Positions 19,976 through 28,624 of a DNA stretch of 64,000 bases are shown piece by piece (within the stretch, counting starts at the first letter, position 1; every line of letters starts with the position of its first letter). The stretch is taken from NCBI GenBank assembly GCA_963666275.2, contig CAXXOA010000002.1, forward strand, positions 2,176,001-2,240,000, written 5' to 3'. The notes beneath the pieces are model-generated. The model did no database searches. It saw only the letters and a list, made by a program, of their open reading frames with translations, and was not told the DNA's origin. A program made the translations under genes and the position numbers. The stretch is from Oceanispirochaeta sp. (GTDB lineage Bacteria; Spirochaetota; Spirochaetia; DSM-2461).

Positions 19976-21007
19976 ATGAATGAGTATCTGAAATGGATGG
20001 CTGGTAAAACCACATCTGCCTGGTGGCATGATTCGGCAGATTTGAATGAAGTTGAAAAAGCAATGGAATCCGGTGCTGTGGGAGTTACTACGAATCCAGT
20101 TCTTGTAAAACAAGCTTTATTCTCAAGCCCTGAATTCTGGAATTCCTATTTAACCGATTTCCCTGAAAATCTGAAAGCTGATGCCAAAGCAGAAGAAATA
20201 ATCAGAAGGATCACAGTGGAAGTGGCGGCAAAACTGTTACCTATCTATGAAAAAACAGGGGGAGAACAGGGCTACGTCTGTGCTCAGGTCAATCCCGGAA
20301 AAACAACAGATAGAGAGGGCATGATGGAAATGGCGGAAAGACTTCATGCCTGGGCCCCCAATATTGCAGTGAAAATCCCCGGCACAGCTGTAGGGCTGGA
20401 TGTTCTGGAGGATTGTGCAGCCCGGGGGATGACGATGGTTTCGACAGTCAGCTTCACTCTGCCTCAGGTACTTGCGGCGGCTGAAAGGTATGAAAAGGGC
20501 CGTGCAAGATGCATCGCTGCAGGAAAGAAGCCAGCGAAATGTTTTGCCGTGGTCATGGTAGGCCGCATCGATGATTTCATCAGGGATGTGGTTCGGGACA
20601 ATCAGTATGAAGATATAAAAGAGGAAGATATTCTGATGTGCGGAACCGGGATTATGAAGAGGGCTTTGGAAATCTTTGAACAGAAAGGTTACAACGCCAT
20701 TCTTATGCCTGCAGGTATGAGAGGTGCCTATCATGCCCAGGACCTGGCCGGCGCCTCTTTGACAATGTCAATTCATCCGAAAATACAGGCTTTACTTGAA
20801 AAAAGTTCTTCCCCCTTCAAAGAGAGGCATGCTGAAAAGCTTGAGAAAGAGACTATAAAAAGGCTCTCCCGGGTGGAAGCTTTCAGAAAAGCCTATGAGC
20901 CGGATGTTATGCCTCCTTCAGAATTTATTACCTACGGGGTTGTGCAGAAAACCCTGGCGCAATTCTCAGAAAGCTGGAGTCAATTGGAAGGGTATACGCT
21001 TCCTTAG
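19976..21007 (+). CDS. Transaldolase family protein (atypical active site)
   Basis: WHDSA, GVTTNP, Schiff-base Lys in IAVKIP, VGRIDD. Confidence 0.88.
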   Translation: MNEYLKWMAGKTTSAWWHDSADLNEVEKAMESGAVGVTTNPVLVKQALFSSPEFWNSYLTDFPENLKADAKAEEIIRRITVEVAAKLLPIYEKTGGEQGYVCAQVNPGKTTDREGMMEMAERLHAWAPNIAVKIPGTAVGLDVLEDCAARGMTMVSTVSFTLPQVLAAAERYEKGRARCIAAGKKPAKCFAVVMVGRIDDFIRDVVRDNQYEDIKEEDILMCGTGIMKRALEIFEQKGYNAILMPAGMRGAYHAQDLAGASLTMSIHPKIQALLEKSSSPFKERHAEKLEKETIKRLSRVEAFRKAYEPDVMPPSEFITYGVVQKTLAQFSESWSQLEGYTLP

Positions 21008-21027
21008 GGTTGTGCAGGAGGAATGTC

Positions 21028-21867
21028 ATGGAACAGAGGTTTGAGAATCAGGGAAAGAAAATTCTGTCAGTGGAAAATTTTCAGAAAGATCCTTCGTCCA
21101 CGGATTTTTTTTCCATTGAAGGTCTCTGGAACAAAAAGAATGATATGAAACTCAGTTACCATGATTTTCATCAGATTATATTTGTGGAAAAAGGTGTCTT
21201 TATTCTGTATGACGGAAAGTATCAGCAGCCCTTATATAAAGGAGCTGCTGCCTTTATTCCTGTAGGATATCCCCACAGGATCTACAATCTTCAGAATAGT
21301 ATCTCTGCAAAAACAAGTTCGGTCTATTTTAATTCATCCTTCATGGAAGGAATGGATGATGGCATTCTTATTTTTACAGTTTCCGAGCTAATCGAATCTC
21401 TTATTAAAGAGATTACCGGGCTGGAAGCAAATGAAGCAGATGATATTAATATGAAATGTGTTGCTCTTCTTGTGGAACTTATTAAAAGAGAAACAGAGCA
21501 GCCCAGGCAGAGGATTAAACTGCCTGTTTCCAATGATGAGAGAATACAGAAATCTGTAGATTTCATGCAGCTCAACTTCAGCAGAAAAATAACTCTTACG
21601 GATATTGCCGGAACAGTCTGTCTTTCGACACGTCAGTTTTCCAGGCTTTTTACTGACAAGATGGGAGTCACTCCCTTCGAGTATCTCAGGATGTACCGCA
21701 TTATTTCAGTTCTTCCCACTCTTTCTATGACAAAAGAGAATATCCTGGACAGCATCTATCAGAGCGGATATGAAACTGTGTCATCCTTTTATAAAGATTT
21801 TACCCAGTTTATTGGAATGCCCCCGGGAGCATTCAGAAAAAATCATAACCTGTATAAATCAGCCTAG
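21028..21867 (+). CDS. AraC family regulator with cupin domain
   Basis: HDFHQ cupin; LSTRQFSRLF and GYETVSSFYKDF double HTH. Confidence 0.9.
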   Translation: MEQRFENQGKKILSVENFQKDPSSTDFFSIEGLWNKKNDMKLSYHDFHQIIFVEKGVFILYDGKYQQPLYKGAAAFIPVGYPHRIYNLQNSISAKTSSVYFNSSFMEGMDDGILIFTVSELIESLIKEITGLEANEADDINMKCVALLVELIKRETEQPRQRIKLPVSNDERIQKSVDFMQLNFSRKITLTDIAGTVCLSTRQFSRLFTDKMGVTPFEYLRMYRIISVLPTLSMTKENILDSIYQSGYETVSSFYKDFTQFIGMPPGAFRKNHNLYKSA

Positions 21868-21881
21868 TAAAGAATAGGATG

Positions 21882-22553
21882 TCACTCCAGACTGTCGATC
21901 ATACTTTCTGCGGTGTGTTTGATATGCTTCTCCATAAGAGATGCAGCCTGAGTAGAATCCCCGTTCCTCAGGGCTTCAATGATTGGTTTGTGTCTTTCGG
22001 CGATCTCAAGGGAATCTGATGCTATGTGTGTACCCGTGGCATAGGACAGACTGGCAAATAGCATGTTCCGGGAAATCCTCTGAATCAGTTTATGTCCTGA
22101 AATGCGGATAATCGTTTCGTGGAACAGAATATTGTAGGTTGTCCGTTTGTAGGCATCTCCTTTTTTCGCTGCCTTTATCATTTTATCAAGGATATCTTCC
22201 AGTTCCCTGATTTCCTGTTTTGTTATTTTTGATGCCGCAATGCCTGCTGTCACGGATTCCAGGGTGGCCCTCACGGTAAAAACCTCCCAGAGGTCTTCTT
22301 TGCTCAGAGTTTTTACGGTGATGCCCTTGTAGGGAACAGATTCAAGAAGTCCCATCTCGACAAGTCCCTTGATGGCTTCTCTCACAGGAGCCTGACTGAC
22401 ATTGAATTCTTTAGCTATAGAGCTTTCTATTAGCCTATCACCGGCCTTATATTTCTTTGATAGAAGATCCTGTAATATCTGATCTTTAATTTTTTCACTG
22501 AGAACCTTTTTCTCAAAACCGTCTCTTACACCATTATTGTTGGCCAATGACAT
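21882..22553 (-). CDS. GntR (FCD) family regulator; candidate reader of the 16-bp operator
   Basis: GDRLIESSIAKEFNVSQAPVREA; FHE...H...H FCD metal ligands. Confidence 0.93.
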   Translation of the reverse strand: MSLANNNGVRDGFEKKVLSEKIKDQILQDLLSKKYKAGDRLIESSIAKEFNVSQAPVREAIKGLVEMGLLESVPYKGITVKTLSKEDLWEVFTVRATLESVTAGIAASKITKQEIRELEDILDKMIKAAKKGDAYKRTTYNILFHETIIRISGHKLIQRISRNMLFASLSYATGTHIASDSLEIAERHKPIIEALRNGDSTQAASLMEKHIKHTAESMIDSLE

Positions 22554-22669
22554 TCTCCATAATCAAAATATAAAAACCACAGAGCTTACAAGAAGTTGAA
22601 CAGTAAAAAGTTGTACCTGATTTTTGTCTTTTATATACCAGTTATATAATAAAATCAATCAGTTTTCAA

Positions 22670-22687
22670 TTGATTATCGATAATAAA
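22670..22687. promoter_or_regulatory. Operator copy 3 in the divergent GntR/MBL intergenic region
   Basis: TTGATTATCGATAATAAA, palindromic core ATTATCGATAAT. Confidence 0.7.
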
Positions 22688-22797
22688 TTATATCCCTATG
22701 TCTTTATTTAGGAATAAATTGACTGTTATTCGGAAGAAGTCAGGAGCAAGGAAATTTAAAATATTTACAGTATTAACAGATTGAGGAGATATATCAT

Positions 22798-23688
22798 ATG
22801 GATCAAATTACCAAGAATGTTTTTGCAGAAACGGATGTACGGGGATGTAATCCTGGTTTTGTTATTACATCCGAGGGGGTTGTAGTTATAGATACACCTC
22901 AGCTTCCGACATATGCCGTTCGGATGTATGAGCAGGCAAAATCATATGGACCCATTCGCTATTTAATTAACACAGAACACCATGTAGATCATATATTTGG
23001 AAATTACTACTTCAAAGATGTTGAACATGTCCTTTCCCATCAGGCAACCCTGGATAATTTTATGACGGTTTATCCACAGATCAATCCTTACGAATACGCA
23101 AAAGAGGCCGTCCCGATGGATGATCCTGAAGGTATGGCAATCTTTCCTGATACAGATACCTATTTTGCGGCTATGAATAAACCCGACATTATCATAAATG
23201 GTGATATGATTCTGAAAGTCGGGGGCCATACATTTAACATTCTCTGTACACCGGGGCATACACCGGGGCAGCTCGCTGTTGTTGTTCCGGAAGAACGGCT
23301 TATGTTTGTGGGAGATACGGTTTTTAACGGCTGCCAGACCTGGCTTTATACATCCGATATCATTGCATGGCTTCAGTCAATCGAAAAACTTCTGGAAGTT
23401 GATGTGGATATCATAGTTCCCGGTCACGGACCTGTCTGCACAAAACAGGAACTCTATGTCCAGAGAGCTTTCATTCTGGAATGGGTAACCTCTATCTCCG
23501 TCGCTATTGGAAAGGGATGGTCAAAGGAAGAGTGCCTGAAAAAACTTGGTTTCTCCGAGAGATTCCCTGTGGATATTGGCCAGGAATATATGCTTGATGA
23601 TGTTACAATCAATAACATAGGGGCACTTTACGATCAGCTGACTTCTAAGATGCCTGTTCTGGGAACAGCCGACATCCTGACTAAATAA
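22798..23688 (+). CDS. MBL-fold metallo-hydrolase (cyclase-like)
   Basis: INTEHHVDHIFGN, TPGHT, GDT, PGHG. Confidence 0.9.
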   Translation: MDQITKNVFAETDVRGCNPGFVITSEGVVVIDTPQLPTYAVRMYEQAKSYGPIRYLINTEHHVDHIFGNYYFKDVEHVLSHQATLDNFMTVYPQINPYEYAKEAVPMDDPEGMAIFPDTDTYFAAMNKPDIIINGDMILKVGGHTFNILCTPGHTPGQLAVVVPEERLMFVGDTVFNGCQTWLYTSDIIAWLQSIEKLLEVDVDIIVPGHGPVCTKQELYVQRAFILEWVTSISVAIGKGWSKEECLKKLGFSERFPVDIGQEYMLDDVTINNIGALYDQLTSKMPVLGTADILTK

Positions 23689-23707
23689 CAAGACCCTGGA
23701 TAAACAT

Positions 23708-24655
23708 ATGAAGTTAGATAATATTAAGCATATTGCCATTATCGGTAAAGGTATGATCGGGGCCAGTCTGGCTGTCCTTTTTACAGGGAATGGCTATAAA
23801 ACCACCATATATGCCCGAAAGGATCCTGAAAAGGGGTTGGACAGCTTTGATACCTACTATAAGGATCTGATTGAAAAGGGGCTGGTTACCCCCTCTCAGG
23901 CTGCAGCCTGCAGGGACCTTTTTTCCGTGACCGGGAGTTATGAAGATCTGGCCGATGCAGACTGCATTTTTGAATGCGTTGTGGAAAACCTGGATGTTAA
24001 GTATGAAGTGTTTGCTGAAATAGAAAAACACTGTACCCATTTTAAAGCCATTGCTTCAACAACTTCAGCCATAGCGGTGAATGATCTGGCAAAAGGGATA
24101 AAACAGAAAGATAAACTAATGGTAGCTCATCCCTGGAATCCTCCCCATCTTGTACCCTGTATAGAAGTTGTAAAGGGGGAACATACTAGCGAAGAATCCA
24201 TCGAATATTTATCCGGACTTCTGGAATCAGCGGGACGGGAAGTTGCTCTGATGAAAAAAGACGCACCGGGATTCATCGGGAACAGGCTGCAGCATGCTTT
24301 ATACCGGGAAGCCGTCAATATGGTGGAACAGGGAATTGCTTCTCCGGAAGATATAGACAAGACACTGAAGTACAGTTTTATTCCCAGGTACACATCTATC
24401 GGTCTTTTTGAGCATTTTGATTATGCCGGACTTGATATGGTACTGAGTATTGAAGATTATCTGTTTCCCACTCTTTGCAATGCGGACAGAACTCAGCCTA
24501 TGATCCGGGAGCTTCATGATTCGGGCAATCTCGGGTTTAAAACCGGAAAAGGGGTTTATGACTGGAGTCAGAAAGACCTGGCCGAGTTTCGCAAAAAGGC
24601 GGGAAAGCCGTATCTGGATTTTTTTAACTGGAGCCTTCCGGATAAAAATAATTAA
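23708..24655 (+). CDS. 3-hydroxyacyl-CoA dehydrogenase family protein (gulonate/carnitine-DH-like)
   Basis: GKGMIG, ECVVENLDVK, ASTTS, HPWNPPHL, GFIGNRLQ. Confidence 0.9.
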   Translation: MKLDNIKHIAIIGKGMIGASLAVLFTGNGYKTTIYARKDPEKGLDSFDTYYKDLIEKGLVTPSQAAACRDLFSVTGSYEDLADADCIFECVVENLDVKYEVFAEIEKHCTHFKAIASTTSAIAVNDLAKGIKQKDKLMVAHPWNPPHLVPCIEVVKGEHTSEESIEYLSGLLESAGREVALMKKDAPGFIGNRLQHALYREAVNMVEQGIASPEDIDKTLKYSFIPRYTSIGLFEHFDYAGLDMVLSIEDYLFPTLCNADRTQPMIRELHDSGNLGFKTGKGVYDWSQKDLAEFRKKAGKPYLDFFNWSLPDKNN

Positions 24656-24846
24656 TTGACGGACAGGAATATATTCATTTTTATCAGAAGTCTCAAGAAA
24701 TCCCGATCAGAAGTAATTTTATCAGAATACAAGTAAATATAAAAATCTTCTATTTGATTTATCAAATGCGGGGAAGATTATTCCCTCAAAGAGGGAGACT
24801 CCATGGGGTATGCATCTTTGGGAATCCTGAAATAAGTGAGGACAGT

Positions 24847-25719
24847 ATGAGCTCTTTTTCCTACCACAGTCCAGGATCTATAATTGAGGCTGTGGAGCTG
24901 CTAAATCAATACAAGGGTTCTGCCCGACCGTTTCTGGGCGGTACGGATCTCCTTGTAAGGGTTACCAAAGGACATGTGTTTCCACAAGCCCTGGTGGATC
25001 TCAAAAAAGTTTCTGATATAAGCAAAACAATAACTCTGGGCTCCGGTTTTCTTATCATAGGAGCCCGGATCAGGATTGCTGATTTTCTCGAAGATCAAAC
25101 TGCTGCCGCATTATTTCCTGCACTTGCGAAAGCCGCATCAAAGGTCGGGTCGGTACAGATCCGCAACCGAGCGACTCTCACAGGGAATATCTGCAATGCT
25201 TCGCCTGCGGCTGATATGGTTCCGCCCCTGGCGCTGTACAAAGCTTCTGTGGATATTGCCGGATCTGAAGGATCAAGGAGAGTCGCTGTTCAGGACTTTA
25301 TTCAGGCGCCGGGAAAAACCGGATGCCGGACGGGAGAAATCGTGACAGCAATCCGGATACCTGTTCCGGTCCTCCCATACGGTGCTGCTTTTGAAAGGAT
25401 AACACGAAGAAGAGGAGTGGATCTGGCAACTGTTAATCTGGCATGCGGGATTGACTGCCACCGGAAGGTGACTTTTGTATTCGGCGCTGCCGGTCCTGTC
25501 ACTGTTTCTGTTTCTGATGATTCCGGTATTCTGCTGCGCTCGGATATACACAAGGATGCAAGGGACAGAAAAATTGACGAAATGGTTGATTCTGCCGCTC
25601 CCATCAGTGATGTGCGGGCCGGAGCAGATTACAGGAAGGGGATGCTCTCAACCCTGGGAAAGCGGGCATTGAGCAGGGCTCTGAATTCCTATCTGGCGGG
25701 AGGTCCCGAAGATGGCTGA
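24847..25719 (+). CDS. Xanthine dehydrogenase family FAD subunit (complex 1)
   Basis: GGTDL, QIRNRATLTGNICNASPAAD, PISDVRA. Confidence 0.92.
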   Translation: MSSFSYHSPGSIIEAVELLNQYKGSARPFLGGTDLLVRVTKGHVFPQALVDLKKVSDISKTITLGSGFLIIGARIRIADFLEDQTAAALFPALAKAASKVGSVQIRNRATLTGNICNASPAADMVPPLALYKASVDIAGSEGSRRVAVQDFIQAPGKTGCRTGEIVTAIRIPVPVLPYGAAFERITRRRGVDLATVNLACGIDCHRKVTFVFGAAGPVTVSVSDDSGILLRSDIHKDARDRKIDEMVDSAAPISDVRAGADYRKGMLSTLGKRALSRALNSYLAGGPEDG

Positions 25720-26197
25720 CAATATTACACTGACAATTCATATAACAGTTAACGGGCAGAGCCGGACGCTTGAGGTTGATCCATCGGAAACCCTCCTTTC
25801 AGTTCTGCGGGACAGGCTGAATCTGACGGGGACAAAAAAATGCTGCGGTGTAGGGGAGTGCGGTGCCTGTACGGTTGTAATGAACGGCCTGTCTGTTAAT
25901 TCCTGTATCATCCTGGCTGCAGAGGCCGACGGAGCTGATGTGGTAACAATCGAAGGACTTTCGGAGAGCGGGTCTCCGGGAAGGATTCAGCAGGCTTTTC
26001 TGGACGAGGGCGCTGTACAGTGCGGTTTCTGCACCCCTGGAATGGTTATGTCTGCCCATGCTCTATTGATGAAAAATCCATCTCCCACTGTTTTTGAGAT
26101 AAAAGAAGGGCTTTCCGGTAATCTCTGCCGCTGTACCGGATATGCAAGGATCATCAGAGCCGTGCAGACGGCGGCGGGAAAAGGCGGCGGAGAATGA
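25712..26197 (+). CDS. Xanthine dehydrogenase family 2x[2Fe-2S] subunit (complex 1)
   Basis: CGVGECGAC, QCGFCTPG, NLCRCTGY. Confidence 0.95.
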   Translation: MADNITLTIHITVNGQSRTLEVDPSETLLSVLRDRLNLTGTKKCCGVGECGACTVVMNGLSVNSCIILAAEADGADVVTIEGLSESGSPGRIQQAFLDEGAVQCGFCTPGMVMSAHALLMKNPSPTVFEIKEGLSGNLCRCTGYARIIRAVQTAAGKGGGE

Positions 26198-28419
26198 AAA
26201 TTGTTGGTAAACCCGTGAACCGGGTGGGAGGAAAAGAGAGGGTTCTGGGTACACAGGAGTATGTGGGGGATATCAAGCTTCCGGGGATGCTTCATGGAAA
26301 ACTGGTTACCCTGGACTGCGCCCGGGCCCGGATTGACCGCATCCATTTGAAACGGGCCCTTATGATACGGGGGGTCAGAAAAATTTTCACCGCTGCGGAC
26401 TTTCCCGAAGATCCCCGGTTTGGACCCCAGTACAGGGATCGACCGGTGCTTGCAGGAAAAGAGACAAAATTTCATGGAGAGCCGGTGGCCTTTGTTGTGG
26501 CAGAGTCTATTGAAGCTGCCAATCGGGCTGCTGCATTGATTACAGTCGATTATGAAATCCTTTCCGCTGTTCTCTCACCTGCTGCGGCACTGGATCCTGA
26601 TGCTCCCCTTGTTCAGGATCCGTCTTTAAGGAAGGAGATGGAGTGGAAAAATTCCAATATTTTGAATCAGTGGGTCTATGGCTGGGGGAATATTGAAGTC
26701 TGCCGGGCTGACCGGATTATTGAAAATACCTACAAGTTCCCTATGGTTACCCATTTTGCCATTGAATCATTCTGCTATCTGGCGGATCCTTCATCAGAAG
26801 GTATCACTTTATACAGTGCCATTCAGAATCCCTTTCAGCTCCAGAAAATCATAGCTGATGTGACAGGTTTTCCTCTGTCCAGGGTGAGAATTATAGCTCC
26901 TGATCCCGGAGGGGCCTTTGGCGGGAAACAGCATCCCAAGCATGAACCTCTGCTTGTTTTGGCCAGTCTGATGCTCGGTGAGCCTATCAGGCTGGAACTG
27001 AGCCTGGAGGAATCCTTTCAGGCTGTCCGCAGGGCCGCCTCGGAAATCAGAATAAAAACAGGATTCATGGAAGACGGAACCCTTGTCTTTCATGATATTC
27101 AGTCGGATTTTCTTGCAGGTGCCTATGGTGACATTGCCGGCAGGGTTGTGAGTAAAGCAAACTTTGTGGCGGCGGGGCTTTACAGAACTCCTCATGTCAG
27201 GATTACTGCGAATGCTCTTCTATCCCATACTGTTCCTTCCACAGCTTTCAGAGGGTTCGGGATTCCCCAGGTCAACTGGGCTCTTGAATCCCAGATGGAC
27301 GAGATAGCGGTTAATCTCGGAATGGACAGAGTCGCCATCAGGATGAAAAATCTTCCCGAAAAAGGAGAGGTCTTTATTCCGGGAAATACACCGGCTGACG
27401 GCTGTTGGAAAGAAGTTCTCCAAAAGGCAGCGGATGCCATAGGCTGGAATAGCCCCTTAAAGCCCAACCGGGGAAGGGGGCTGACCATGGGGTTGAAAAT
27501 GGGGGCCACGACTGCCGCGTCCTATGCCATCGTCAGGCTTCATATGGACGGCAGTGCTACAGTCTTCGCCGGAACATCCGATATGGGCCAGGGGGCCAGA
27601 ACCATATTTTCGCAGATTGTGTCGGAAATGCTGGGTATCGATATGGCCAAAATAACCATGGTGATGGGAGATACCGGAGCTGTCCCTTTCGATCTTCAGA
27701 CATCAGCCAGCAGGTCCACCGTTTTTATGGGAAAAGCCATTCAGAAAGCCTGTGACGAGGTGATCGGTAAAGTCCAGATCCTTGCCTCAGAGGTGATGGG
27801 TATCGAACCTGTCCAGCTGGCATTTGAACCGGGGTTCATAAGACATGAAAAAGAAACAGTTCCCATTGATACCATTCTTAAAAAGCGGTTCACACCGGTG
27901 AAGGGAGAAGTCATAGGTGTTGGCGAGGCCAGGAGTGAATACCTGCCGGATCATCCCATGGGCGGCCTGGCGGCTTTTTATGAAATCGTGGCTCTGGGCA
28001 CCGAGGTAGAGGTGGATCGAGAAACAGGGTTTACCCGTATAAAAAAAATGATCATCACAGGTGATGTGGGAAAAGCCGTTAATCTTCAGCACGTTGAAAT
28101 GCAGGATGAGGGTGCGGCTGTAATGGGTATCGGACATTCGATAATGGAGCAGATGATTCTGGATGACAACGGAAAGATCCTTAACCTGGGGGCTCTGGAC
28201 TACAGGATTCCCACTATTATGGATATTCCTGATGAAATGCGTTCCATTGTGATCGAAAACGGCGACGGGCCAGGCCCTTACGGAGCCAAGGGATGTTCTG
28301 AAAGTGGTATCCTCACGGTGGCTCCTTCTATTGCCGCGGCTGTTTATGAAGCTGTAGGCGTGAGGATCCGGGATCTGCCTCTCTCTCCCGAAAAGATCTG
28401 GAAATCATTGAACCCCTGA
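26194..28419 (+). CDS. Xanthine dehydrogenase family molybdopterin subunit (complex 1)
   Basis: IQNPF, GGAFGGK, AFRGFG, DMGQG, SASRST, GAKGCSE. Confidence 0.93.
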   Translation: MKIVGKPVNRVGGKERVLGTQEYVGDIKLPGMLHGKLVTLDCARARIDRIHLKRALMIRGVRKIFTAADFPEDPRFGPQYRDRPVLAGKETKFHGEPVAFVVAESIEAANRAAALITVDYEILSAVLSPAAALDPDAPLVQDPSLRKEMEWKNSNILNQWVYGWGNIEVCRADRIIENTYKFPMVTHFAIESFCYLADPSSEGITLYSAIQNPFQLQKIIADVTGFPLSRVRIIAPDPGGAFGGKQHPKHEPLLVLASLMLGEPIRLELSLEESFQAVRRAASEIRIKTGFMEDGTLVFHDIQSDFLAGAYGDIAGRVVSKANFVAAGLYRTPHVRITANALLSHTVPSTAFRGFGIPQVNWALESQMDEIAVNLGMDRVAIRMKNLPEKGEVFIPGNTPADGCWKEVLQKAADAIGWNSPLKPNRGRGLTMGLKMGATTAASYAIVRLHMDGSATVFAGTSDMGQGARTIFSQIVSEMLGIDMAKITMVMGDTGAVPFDLQTSASRSTVFMGKAIQKACDEVIGKVQILASEVMGIEPVQLAFEPGFIRHEKETVPIDTILKKRFTPVKGEVIGVGEARSEYLPDHPMGGLAAFYEIVALGTEVEVDRETGFTRIKKMIITGDVGKAVNLQHVEMQDEGAAVMGIGHSIMEQMILDDNGKILNLGALDYRIPTIMDIPDEMRSIVIENGDGPGPYGAKGCSESGILTVAPSIAAAVYEAVGVRIRDLPLSPEKIWKSLNP

Positions 28420-28557
28420 GATTGTGCCGGGAGGGGCAGTCAGTGCCGGACGTACCCGATATGATCTTAAAATTTTAATGACAGAGGATAAACTCTAATC
28501 TTTAATATACAAATAATATTATATAAGGATTGGATTATGAATTGAGAATAATAATTC

Positions 28558-28611
28558 TTTACGGAGAAGGCTTCTTATTGTAAAATTGTTCTAGATTATC
28601 GAAAATCGATA
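28558..28611 (+). promoter_or_regulatory. Promoter plus operator copy 4 (GATTATCGAAAATCGA)
   Basis: TTTACG(28558)-17-TAAAAT(28581); motif at 28594-28609. Confidence 0.72.
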
Positions 28612-28624
28612 GAGGGGTTTCCAG

